NCBI GenBank assembly: GCA_964534355.1
Contig: CAZHNZ010000001.1
Coordinates: forward strand, 28,059 to 92,058
Direction of reading: 5' to 3'
Origin: an uncultured Parabacteroides sp.
GTDB taxonomy: Bacteria > Bacteroidota > Bacteroidia > Bacteroidales > UBA7332
DNA: 64,000 bases
Part shown: one piece after another, positions 52,899-62,147 of the stretch
How positions within the stretch are numbered: position 1 is the first letter of the stretch
Layout: each line of letters starts with the position of its first letter
Made by a program: the position numbers and the translations under genes
The notes under the pieces: generated by a model
What the model was told of the DNA's origin: nothing
The model's input: only the letters and a program-made list of their open reading frames with translations
Databases searched by the model: none

Positions 52899-54713
52899 AT
52901 GAAACTTAAAAATATAATAGGAATACTGCTGTTTTCTGCTGTTGCACTTACCTCGTGTAAGGATTATTTGGATCCGTGGGAGTATACTCTGGCTACAGAG
53001 CAGAAAGCTTTTGAGCTTACTTCGTATTTGAATCAAATGCCACTTACCGCTTATGGAGCCATTCCTGCCGGGTTTAACCGAATAGGTAGTGCGTATATGA
53101 CAGCCGCTTCAGATGAGACTGAAAGTGTGGATGATATGCAGTCTATACAATTGTTCAATAACGGTTCATGGAATAAGAATACAAATCCGGATGATGTCTG
53201 GGCTACAATATTCAATGGATTACGCATTGCCAACGACTATTTACAGGGTACGGATACTCTGACCTGGCGTTCTATCAGATACTCAAATTCTGCTGAATAT
53301 AATTCGCGTATGATCACACTGACCAGAAACAGAGGTGAAATGCATTGGTTGCGTGGAATGCTTTATTTTGAGTTGATCAAACGGTATGGTTCTGTTCCAT
53401 TGATTTCGAACAAACCGAATCTGATGACTCTGGATATATCTAAATATCCACAAACTCCGGTTGATTCAATTATTGAGTTTATTGTAGATGAGTGCGATTT
53501 GTGTACCAGCAGAGGTAAATATGCATTGACGCAGGCACAACGGGATACTATTCTGAAGTACAATAAGATGGTTTTACCAAGTCCTTATCGTGATACTGTA
53601 GCTATTTATTATCAAAGTACAGGAACCTATGCCGGTAATCAGGCCAGAAATGCGACTGTTGGTTCTGCATTGGCACTGAAAGCGAAAGCACTGATTTATG
53701 CAGCAAGTCCGCAATTCAATCCATCAGGCGATTTGGCGAAGTGGAAACGTGCCGCCAAAGCTTGTAAAGATGTGATTGACTTAACAACGAAGTATCCGTC
53801 ATTTTATAGTTTAGGAACCTCTTACAAAGCTCTGTTTCTGACAAAGGGTGTTTGGAATAATGAATTCTTGTATGGCAAAAAATATTCAAGTAGTCCATTC
53901 GACTATGCAAATTTTGCGGTTTCTATCTCAGGTGGAGCAACAGGTCTTTGCCCAACATCAGAATTGGTGGATGAGTATGAAATGAAAGATGGTTCAAAAT
54001 TTGACTGGTCTAATCCTACACACGCAGCTACGCCTTATATCAATCGTGATCCCCGTTTGAAATATTCAATTTTTGTGAATGGAGATTCATTTAATCTTAG
54101 CTCTGATAAAAAGACTTTTGGTAAAATAATTCAATGTTGGATGAATGGAGGTAATTCAGCTCCCGATATTTACCATGGTTCGAAAACAAGCTATTATTTA
54201 CGTAAATTCATTAATGAAACAGTTTCCTCTAACTCCGATACCAAAATTTGGCCTTATATGCGTTTAACAGAATTCTACCTGTTCTATGCTGAGGCTATGA
54301 ATGAAGCTTATGGACCTGATGCTGATCCTGAAGGTTATGGTTTGACAGCCAGACAGGCAGTAAATATTATTCGTAATCGTGCAGATGTGAAGATGCCTGA
54401 AATACCATCCGGATTGACCAAAGATGAATTTACAACCAAACTCAGACATGAGCGTAAAGTAGAATTAGCCTTTGAAGATGCCCGCTTTTGGGATTTGCGC
54501 AGATGGAAAATTGCTGAAACTCATTTGAATGGTAATATTCACGGAGTACGTGTTGCTAAAAATAGTGATGGCACATATACTTATACGCCAAATGTTGTCA
54601 TAGAGAAACGTGTATTCAAAGCTGACAGAATGTATCTGCATCCGATACCACAGACAGAGATTGACAAGTCGAATGGTCTTTTGAAACAAAATCCGAACTG
54701 GGATATTAAGTAA
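52899..54713 (+). CDS. SusD/RagB glycan-binding lipoprotein 2
   Basis: Lipobox TSC; RYGSVP, NRDPRL, ERKVELAFE and QNPNW. Confidence 0.95.
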   Translation: MKLKNIIGILLFSAVALTSCKDYLDPWEYTLATEQKAFELTSYLNQMPLTAYGAIPAGFNRIGSAYMTAASDETESVDDMQSIQLFNNGSWNKNTNPDDVWATIFNGLRIANDYLQGTDTLTWRSIRYSNSAEYNSRMITLTRNRGEMHWLRGMLYFELIKRYGSVPLISNKPNLMTLDISKYPQTPVDSIIEFIVDECDLCTSRGKYALTQAQRDTILKYNKMVLPSPYRDTVAIYYQSTGTYAGNQARNATVGSALALKAKALIYAASPQFNPSGDLAKWKRAAKACKDVIDLTTKYPSFYSLGTSYKALFLTKGVWNNEFLYGKKYSSSPFDYANFAVSISGGATGLCPTSELVDEYEMKDGSKFDWSNPTHAATPYINRDPRLKYSIFVNGDSFNLSSDKKTFGKIIQCWMNGGNSAPDIYHGSKTSYYLRKFINETVSSNSDTKIWPYMRLTEFYLFYAEAMNEAYGPDADPEGYGLTARQAVNIIRNRADVKMPEIPSGLTKDEFTTKLRHERKVELAFEDARFWDLRRWKIAETHLNGNIHGVRVAKNSDGTYTYTPNVVIEKRVFKADRMYLHPIPQTEIDKSNGLLKQNPNWDIK

Positions 54714-54732
54714 TTATTAATATTATAAGCAT

Positions 54733-55371
54733 ATGAAATTAAAATATTTTAGAACAGCGGTTCTGTTCGTATCCTCTCTATTTCTCTTCGCCTCGTGCGA
54801 AGAGAAATTGCCAACAGAGTTTGGAACCTCGACAATTTATTTTTCGAGTGGTTTGTATACAAAATCATACAAGGGTGTTGACTCTTCATTGGTAAAAATT
54901 GCATTACAACCTGATACCACCGTTAATGTAATTGGCATTTATCGAAGTGGCGTGGTTGACAATCTGGAAGAAATAACTATTTCGTTGCAAATTGACAGTG
55001 TGTTTCTTGATTCTATAATTACAAAAGCAAATACATTGCCTGCTGCCGAGTTGACAGATTTGATGACAAAGTATAAAAATTCCAAAGCTTTGGGTGGCTA
55101 TTACTTTTCAATTCCGCAGACTGTGACAATACCTAAAGGAGAGAGGCGCGTAACAGTTCCTCTTACCTACAAACAATCATTGGTTAAACTGTATAAAAAT
55201 TCTGTGTTTAACTATACGACTGCTATGTTGATTGATGCAGTTACTCCCAAAGACAGAATGCTTGTTTTCCCGGTGAAGATTGTGAGCACAACATCTTCGT
55301 ATCCTGTCATTGAGACGCAAAGACGTTTCTATTTTCAGGTGTTCAAGAATATGACATTCAAAGCAAATTAG
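54733..55371 (+). CDS. PUL surface lipoprotein (SusE-positioned, DUF1735-like)
   Basis: Lipobox FASC; VTIPKGE..V.VP and LVFPVKI patterns. Confidence 0.7.
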   Translation: MKLKYFRTAVLFVSSLFLFASCEEKLPTEFGTSTIYFSSGLYTKSYKGVDSSLVKIALQPDTTVNVIGIYRSGVVDNLEEITISLQIDSVFLDSIITKANTLPAAELTDLMTKYKNSKALGGYYFSIPQTVTIPKGERRVTVPLTYKQSLVKLYKNSVFNYTTAMLIDAVTPKDRMLVFPVKIVSTTSSYPVIETQRRFYFQVFKNMTFKAN

Positions 55372-55396
55372 CGGTTTAAAGTTTGTCGTATATTTC

Positions 55397-55435
55397 TCAG
55401 GCCATCTTTTTGTTCGCAATCGGATGGCCTGATTT
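55397..55435 (+). terminator. Stem-loop ending the first PUL transcription unit
   Basis: tcaggccatct...ggatggcctga followed by a short T run. Confidence 0.6.
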
Positions 55436-55463
55436 GTATTACTTATGAAGATAATCCTGATTG

Positions 55464-55507
55464 TGTAAACGTTTACAATGATTATTTTGAACATGTAAAC
55501 GTTTACG
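55464..55507. promoter_or_regulatory. LacI operator pair 2
   Basis: TGTAAACGTTTACA (55464-55477) and TGTAAACGTTTACG (55494-55507). Confidence 0.88.
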
Positions 55508-55632
55508 TTGTTAATAAATGTTGGTGGATTGTCTTTATTTCTGTTTGAGCTGTTTATTTTGTATGTGTTCTGAACAAATAACGAATAAAAATTAACTTAT
55601 AAATTTTTTTAATCACCTAAATTTAAACCATT

Positions 55633-57363
55633 ATGAAAATTTCGACTAAATTTTCTGATCGCATGAAGGCTTTGGCTTTGGCGATGTTTTTGAGCGGAGC
55701 TGCAGCATCTATGCAGGCAGCAGTACATTATGTAAGAATGGCAGCAGATGCTACATCCTGGAGTGGAATTTCCGGAGCGGATATTATATCAAGTGATACG
55801 CCGGAAATAATTTCGACAGATACCTATTATTTTGCTAAAGGAACATATACCTTGATCGCACTGGGTGTTGATCCCGTTACAACTCTTCCTGTATCGATTA
55901 CCCCTTCATTGACAACGGGTGCAATTTATGGTGGTTTCAGCGGTGCAGAAACTGAGATTGATTTGACTAAAAGAGCTTTATCTGATAAAGATGGCAACGG
56001 CATTGTAGAGCCTTGGGAAATGACTAACGAAACTGTATTAAAAGGAAGTGTTCCTTTTGCAGATGGAGAAGGTGCTTCTATACGCTTGTTGACTGTTACC
56101 GGTGGTGAGGTTAATGGTGTGACATTGGCAGATCATTATTATTTTGGACAAAAAACGCCAACATTATCTGCTTTTAGTGGAGCTGTTATTCTTGGTGTGG
56201 TAAGTAGTACTCCGGCTGTTGCTGATAATGTGCCAGAAAAAGCAGGAAGAATGCTGTATTGTACCGTAAAAAAGCTAAAAGCAGGCGCTAATGGTCCGGT
56301 GATGATGACCAATAGTAAATCAATAATAGACAAATGTTTGATTGAAGAGTGTTACTCTGTAGGAAATACCGGAAATGGCGGTGGTGGTGCTGTTTTTATG
56401 AATTCTTTTGGCGGAGTTATTTCAAACTCTGTGTTAAGAAATAATATTGCAGCTGCAACCACTGCTAGTGCCGGTAGAGGTGGAGCTGTTTATAGTAATT
56501 ACAACAGTAGTTTATCTATACCCGGTAATACAATTCTTCAAAACTGTGCAATCTACAACAATACATCGAATAACAGTGGTAGTGCTTATCGTGTAGAAGG
56601 AAAGAACAATTCCGGATTTTTGGGAGGACAAACAATCAATTGCTCATTTGTAAATAATAAATCACTCTTAGCTTCACTAGCTACGGTTGAGCTGATATAT
56701 GATGGTCAGTTGTTTGTAAATTCTATTGTGGTAGGTGATGTAAAAGATGAAATCAGACCACAGGCAAATAAGAATCATATTTCAAATTGCGTTTATGGAA
56801 CTAAAAATGGGGCTATTGTAATGACACCAGAAGATGCTGTTATGGCATCAGGAAAGGTTACTGCTGATCTTAAGTTTAAAAAAGCTACGTTTTATGCAGG
56901 TGCAATGACCCCTGAAAGCGATCCGTTTGATCAGGCTGTTTATGATTCAATCCGCACAACTAACCTTTCTATCGTTGATGCTACTTCCCCAGCCGTTACA
57001 ACACCTGGTTTGACAGTAATGCCTGCGGCATTTTCATCAAGTGCTACTATTGTGCCTACGGCCACAATCCCAACAACCGATATTACCGGAGCAGCTCGTA
57101 CAGGGAGTGTAACCATTGGTGCTTACCAATTCACTGGTTCATCTGCTGTATCGATTTCGAAATCGGATAAAGTAACTGCTTATGCTGTGGCCGGTGGGAT
57201 TTTGGTTTCTGCCAAAGCCGGAAAAATTGCAAACGTTTATTCTTTAACCGGAAAATTGGTGAAGAAAGAAGTTTTGAAAGCTGACGTTCAAGTAATTGAT
57301 GTTCAAAAAGGTTTCTATATCGTATCGGTAGGAAATGCTAAGGCCAAAGTATTTGTAAAGTAA
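55633..57363 (+). CDS. Secreted right-handed beta-helix protein with probable T9SS C-terminal domain
   Basis: Signal peptide ending MQA|A; IYGGFSG; repeated GGAV / NC.I.NN / NCSFVNN; DITGAAR...IGAYQ; terminal YSLTGK...KGFYIV...KVFVK. Confidence 0.75.
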   Translation: MKISTKFSDRMKALALAMFLSGAAASMQAAVHYVRMAADATSWSGISGADIISSDTPEIISTDTYYFAKGTYTLIALGVDPVTTLPVSITPSLTTGAIYGGFSGAETEIDLTKRALSDKDGNGIVEPWEMTNETVLKGSVPFADGEGASIRLLTVTGGEVNGVTLADHYYFGQKTPTLSAFSGAVILGVVSSTPAVADNVPEKAGRMLYCTVKKLKAGANGPVMMTNSKSIIDKCLIEECYSVGNTGNGGGGAVFMNSFGGVISNSVLRNNIAAATTASAGRGGAVYSNYNSSLSIPGNTILQNCAIYNNTSNNSGSAYRVEGKNNSGFLGGQTINCSFVNNKSLLASLATVELIYDGQLFVNSIVVGDVKDEIRPQANKNHISNCVYGTKNGAIVMTPEDAVMASGKVTADLKFKKATFYAGAMTPESDPFDQAVYDSIRTTNLSIVDATSPAVTTPGLTVMPAAFSSSATIVPTATIPTTDITGAARTGSVTIGAYQFTGSSAVSISKSDKVTAYAVAGGILVSAKAGKIANVYSLTGKLVKKEVLKADVQVIDVQKGFYIVSVGNAKAKVFVK

Positions 57364-57386
57364 TATTGTTATAATATACTGATTTC

Positions 57387-57423
57387 AAATCGCCTCATGA
57401 GTTTTCGTGGGGCGATTTTTTTT
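57387..57423 (+). terminator. Intrinsic terminator
   Basis: aaatcgcctcatga-gttt-tcgtggggcgattt followed by a T run. Confidence 0.85.
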
Positions 57424-57440
57424 GTGATAATTTCTGCTCT

Positions 57441-57474
57441 TGTAAACGTTTACATTCTTTTGTAAACGTTTCCG
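57441..57474. promoter_or_regulatory. LacI operator pair 3
   Basis: TGTAAACGTTTACA (57441-57454) and TGTAAACGTTTCCG (57461-57474); -7 element TATTTTTG at 57520-57527. Confidence 0.85.
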
Positions 57475-57573
57475 AAAGTTTCTGTTTGTAAAATCAATTG
57501 GGATTCTGTAATTATTTTCTATTTTTGTGTAGATATATTTAATCTGCTAATAATGAAAGCATCTGGTCGAATC

Positions 57574-60375
57574 ATGAAAAAGTTACTCTTCTCATTTTTG
57601 TTATTTCTCTTTGTTCAATTAGTAAGTGCCGGAAATTTTGTATCAGGTGAAACACGGATTTCGCTCAATGGCATGTGGCAATTCAGGACTGATTCCAAGA
57701 AAACCGGGGAGTCTCAAAACTATTTTTCATCTCAATTCAACGATTCCGGATGGGAGCGTATTGAAGTGCCCGGCAGTTGGGAGCTGGAGAATGAGCATAC
57801 CAACTACATTGGCAAGAGCTGGTACAGGACTAATTTCGCGACACCCGATAAAGATGGAAAAAGAGTATATCTGGAATTTGATGCGGTGAGCATGAGTTAC
57901 CGTGTATTTCTGAATAATAAATTGGTTGCCAAACAGCTGGTTGGCAATTATCGTGAAAGATATGATGTGACCGATCTGTTGGATAAATCAAAAAATACCC
58001 TGGCAGTAGAGGTGGATAACACCCTGAGCTGGGGCGCTTATTGCAATTTTGGTGGAATACGCCGTCCGGTAACCCTTTGTGTGGTTGATCCGGTACATAC
58101 GGTTCGTCAGGAGGTAATTGCTAAACCTGATTTGATTAAGGGGACTTCTACGGTCAGCATAAAAGTTTTTGTAAGGAATGATGCCGAAAGTGCTCAAACT
58201 GTTAGTTGCCTGCCTGCTATTTTGTTTGGCGGAAAGAGTGTGTTGAAAACAACGGCGAAATTGTTGACTATTGCTGCCAAATCGGAGTCTTCTATCCTGT
58301 TTACATACAGTTTGTCAAAAGCACAAACACGCCTTTGGCACATTGACTATCCGAACCTCTATACTTCTCAAATTCAGTTATCGGCTGGTAAAAAGCTTAT
58401 TTCGACATTTGCAGACCGCTTTGGTATCCGGAAATTTGAGGCCGTAGGAAACAAAATTAAGCTCAATGGAGAAGACGTTCGCCTGACGGGCTACAACTGG
58501 GTGGCAGATGATCGTTTGACTGCCAATACGCTGCCTGTATGGCGTTACAAAGAAGATATAGACCGCATGAAAGAGCTGGGTTGTAATCTGGCCCGTTTGT
58601 CGCACCGCCCATTGCCCGAAGAGGTGATGGATTATCTGGATGAGAAAGGTATTATGACTATTTCGGAATTCAATAACTGGTCGCATTTTATGAACCCGAC
58701 TAGCCCTGAACCACGGGAATTTGCCACCAAACTGGTGCGTCAGCAGTTCAACCATGCCAATGTAGTGGGATGGAGTGTAGGTAATGAGATGGGGGATAAG
58801 ACCACACAGCCACAGGTGAACGAATATGTGGAGTCGATAATCAAATACATTAAACAAAATCTGGATACGACCCGATTGGTGGCCTATGTGTCGAATACGG
58901 CAGATTATCAGACAGATGATGCGGCTAAATATGGTGATATGATTTGGATTAATAAGTATTGGAATTATGAGAAAGGGTTGGATAACCTGGCCAAAACATA
59001 CCCTGATAAAGCCATATTTATGACAGAATATGGTGGATATGGTGTTGAGCAGGGGAATTTAATATATGATACACCGAATAATACAAAATACAAGGCATTT
59101 GTGGTGGATAATTTTGGTGCAAAAGATTACCTGAGCGGATATTCTATCTGGACTTACAACGACTACCGCAGCCGTTATCAGTCGCCCAACCCTGCCACGG
59201 CAACGCCGATTCATCAAAATCGACAGTGGGGAGTGGTCGATGACTACCGCAATAAGAAAAGAGCCTACGATCAGATGAAAGATTACTATGCGCCTGTTCG
59301 GGCGCTGACAGTTGTCAATTCTAATAAATCGGGACAGGTAACAACCGAGATGACGATTGTGCCCCGAAATAAAATTGATGTTCCTGCATTTACGCTGTCC
59401 GGTTATAAACTGGTTTGGGAAGTTCGGACTAAAACCGGAGCTGTGAAACAGGGATCATTTATCAATTTGCCTGCGATTAATCCCGGTGATAAAGCGTTGA
59501 AATACAGTGCAGTCTGGGCCGGTGGTGATGACGCAGCTTATGTGAAAGTAAATCTGGTATCGCCTTTGGGCTATAACGTCAAAGACACAACCCTCTATCT
59601 GGCCAAGCCTGCTGCACCCAAAGTTGTGGCAGTGATTCATGCCTGCAAATCAGTGAGGGTAGTGTTTGAAAAAAATGAATTTTGTAATGAATATGCGCTG
59701 AAATATACCGTCAATGGGCAGACTAAAACGACTGCCAAAACGATTGATCATTATATTGATCTGAAAAATCTGTCTGTAAATACACCGTGCAGCATCTCTG
59801 TTGTGGGGTATAATGATGCCGGAGAGGGAGAATCCTCTGCGCCGGTAACCATTGTTCCTGTACACGGATTCAAAACATTGCCCCCGGTAGTTTGGGGTAT
59901 TGTGCCCTCTGCCACCGGTTTCAATGTTGGTTTGGGCTGGGTTTTCTCGGATACCTTCTACGAAGCCCGATATACGACCAACCCGTCTGATGAATCGAGT
60001 TGGAAGATTCTGACCGGAATTGTATTTGGAGCATTTAAAGTGACCGATATTGAGCCCGGAAAGAAATATTATGTGCAGGTGCGCAATGCCACACAGTTTG
60101 GAGCCAACCGCAGCGAATGGAGTGAAATGCTGGAAGTGACCCCCGGAAAAAAGGCTCTGACCGGAAAAGCCAAGATAAATGGATTGTTGAAATCTGATAA
60201 CGGAACAGTCCTGTCTATCACACCTGCCCGCAATGCTACCTCTTATCGGGTAAGTTACGATTTAAACGGAAAACAAATTGAAGAGATCATCAATCGCTCA
60301 GAAATTGAGTATTATCTTTTGACGAGTGCCGGTAAAGCAGTTGTGAAGAATGTTCAAATTCAGGCCATTCCCTGA
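57574..60375 (+). CDS. Glycoside hydrolase family 2 with C-terminal FN3-like domains
   Basis: Signal peptide MKKLL; SLNGMW, GGIRRPV, P.LY, FGIR, RLSH.P, WSVGNE (acid/base) and MTEYG (nucleophile). Confidence 0.92.
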   Translation: MKKLLFSFLLFLFVQLVSAGNFVSGETRISLNGMWQFRTDSKKTGESQNYFSSQFNDSGWERIEVPGSWELENEHTNYIGKSWYRTNFATPDKDGKRVYLEFDAVSMSYRVFLNNKLVAKQLVGNYRERYDVTDLLDKSKNTLAVEVDNTLSWGAYCNFGGIRRPVTLCVVDPVHTVRQEVIAKPDLIKGTSTVSIKVFVRNDAESAQTVSCLPAILFGGKSVLKTTAKLLTIAAKSESSILFTYSLSKAQTRLWHIDYPNLYTSQIQLSAGKKLISTFADRFGIRKFEAVGNKIKLNGEDVRLTGYNWVADDRLTANTLPVWRYKEDIDRMKELGCNLARLSHRPLPEEVMDYLDEKGIMTISEFNNWSHFMNPTSPEPREFATKLVRQQFNHANVVGWSVGNEMGDKTTQPQVNEYVESIIKYIKQNLDTTRLVAYVSNTADYQTDDAAKYGDMIWINKYWNYEKGLDNLAKTYPDKAIFMTEYGGYGVEQGNLIYDTPNNTKYKAFVVDNFGAKDYLSGYSIWTYNDYRSRYQSPNPATATPIHQNRQWGVVDDYRNKKRAYDQMKDYYAPVRALTVVNSNKSGQVTTEMTIVPRNKIDVPAFTLSGYKLVWEVRTKTGAVKQGSFINLPAINPGDKALKYSAVWAGGDDAAYVKVNLVSPLGYNVKDTTLYLAKPAAPKVVAVIHACKSVRVVFEKNEFCNEYALKYTVNGQTKTTAKTIDHYIDLKNLSVNTPCSISVVGYNDAGEGESSAPVTIVPVHGFKTLPPVVWGIVPSATGFNVGLGWVFSDTFYEARYTTNPSDESSWKILTGIVFGAFKVTDIEPGKKYYVQVRNATQFGANRSEWSEMLEVTPGKKALTGKAKINGLLKSDNGTVLSITPARNATSYRVSYDLNGKQIEEIINRSEIEYYLLTSAGKAVVKNVQIQAIP

Positions 60376-60408
60376 CAAATAATCTATAATCTATAATTTA
60401 ATCATTTC

Positions 60409-62052
60409 ATGAAACGATTTAGTCTGTTTTTTCTTTCTGTCTTACTTATTGCTTTGGCGCAAGCACAATGTCCTGCCCCCAAGGCTTACACCAATCCGGT
60501 TATACCCGGCTTTTTCCCCGATCCATCTACTATTCGGGTAGGGGAGGATTATTACACCGTGAATTCGACTTTCGAATATTTCCCGGGGATAATCATTTCT
60601 CATTCCAGGGATTTGGTCAATTGGAAGCAAATTGGTCATGTGTTTTCGAAAAGCGAAGATCTTGATCTGTCCTACTTCTTTGATGGAATGGGCATTTGGG
60701 CACCCGATATCTCGTATTACAACGGAGAGTTTTATATTTTCTTTTGCACGGTGCAGTTGAGTAAAGATCGCAGCACGAATGTCCGGGGCAATTATGTTAC
60801 CCGATCAAAGAGCATCAACGGACCGTGGAGTAAGCCGGTACAGATTACTAATTTTGGTAGTGACCCATCGCACTTTGTAGATGAAGGTGGAGAACATTAT
60901 ATGCTGTTTGCAGCCGGAATTCCTTCGGGTAACGGAGCTAAAATAGTAAAATTAAATAAAGAGTGCACCAAAATGGTGGAAGAGCCACGCTGGATTGAAA
61001 CCGAAGGGAAGAAAGCTGCCCCCGAAGGGCCTCACATGTTAAAAAAAGATGGTTATTACTACTTTATAATGGCGGCATCGAATGGTCTGTTCAATGGTCA
61101 CCACATGCTGATAGCCCGATCTAAATCGGTGTATGGTCCATTCGAAAATTCGCCGTACAATCCCTATCTGACTCAGCGCGATTCGAATGCGGTTAATTTT
61201 CATCAGGGGCATGGTAAAATATTTAATACCCAAAATGGGGAGTGGTTTACCACCGTTCTATCGCAACGTTGGGTGTTTGGTGAAATAAAAGGAAAGCGTC
61301 GGGGAATCAGTCCGTTAGGTCGCGAAACTTCGCTGGAGCGCATAGCCTGGAGTAAAGATGGCTGGCCGATAGCGAATGGCGGCAAAGGACCACTGGATGC
61401 TAGTCTTCGTCCCAACCTGCCCTGGACACCACAGTTTAACCCGACAAGTGATAATTTTGATCAGCCCAAACTGAGCAGTCAATGGATATACCGCCGCAAT
61501 CCGGTGTATGAAAATATCAGTCTGACCGAAAAGAAAGGGTCGTTGCGTATTTATACCGGAAACTTTGATATTGATACCATTCCCGGTCGCAATCTGATTG
61601 TACAACGAGAGCGCTGGTTGAAATTTTCTGCCATTACAAAACTAACATTTAATCCTGACACGAAAGAACAAGCCGGATTAGCAGCACATTACGATACCAA
61701 AACTTATGCTCGGTTGGGGCTGCAAAGAGGTAAAACAGGTAAACTGCAACTGATACTCGAAGAGCGCAGATACGGCGTGAAATCGGTAGTGAAAGTGACT
61801 GAAAACATCCTGAGCAATACTGTGTATCTGCGAATGACAGTGAATAAACTGCAACGTAGCTTCTCATACAGCTACGACAACAAAACCTGGATGAGTGCAG
61901 GTGAGCTACCTGATGCCGCTTTCCTGAGTGATCAGGGTACAACGCAATGGGGATTTATGGGAATGACAGTTGGGGTTTACTCTTTCAACCGAGGAACCGG
62001 AAAACGCATACCTGCTGATTTCGATTTTGTAAAAATTGAGCCACAGGATTGA
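60409..62052 (+). CDS. Glycoside hydrolase family 43 with C-terminal beta-sandwich
   Basis: PDPS, WAPDI, DPSHF, EGPH, GHG and LGRET motifs; signal peptide. Confidence 0.93.
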   Translation: MKRFSLFFLSVLLIALAQAQCPAPKAYTNPVIPGFFPDPSTIRVGEDYYTVNSTFEYFPGIIISHSRDLVNWKQIGHVFSKSEDLDLSYFFDGMGIWAPDISYYNGEFYIFFCTVQLSKDRSTNVRGNYVTRSKSINGPWSKPVQITNFGSDPSHFVDEGGEHYMLFAAGIPSGNGAKIVKLNKECTKMVEEPRWIETEGKKAAPEGPHMLKKDGYYYFIMAASNGLFNGHHMLIARSKSVYGPFENSPYNPYLTQRDSNAVNFHQGHGKIFNTQNGEWFTTVLSQRWVFGEIKGKRRGISPLGRETSLERIAWSKDGWPIANGGKGPLDASLRPNLPWTPQFNPTSDNFDQPKLSSQWIYRRNPVYENISLTEKKGSLRIYTGNFDIDTIPGRNLIVQRERWLKFSAITKLTFNPDTKEQAGLAAHYDTKTYARLGLQRGKTGKLQLILEERRYGVKSVVKVTENILSNTVYLRMTVNKLQRSFSYSYDNKTWMSAGELPDAAFLSDQGTTQWGFMGMTVGVYSFNRGTGKRIPADFDFVKIEPQD

Positions 62053-62069
62053 TTATTTTGTATACTTTT

Positions 62070-62120
62070 GCGACAAACTACATTTGACCGATAATTCGGA
62101 TGTAGTTTGTCGTTTTTTTT
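62070..62120 (+). terminator. Strong stem-loop with U tract between the two GH43 genes
   Basis: gcgacaaactacatttga...tcggatgtagtttgtcgt followed by a T run. Confidence 0.75.
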
Positions 62121-62147
62121 CTGATAATCTATTGAAATTCTAATCTA

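Noticed and set aside
57228..57241. Operator-like tgcaaacgtttatt inside the beta-helix gene
   Set aside because: Three mismatches to the consensus, unpaired, and explained by coding sequence (IANVY).
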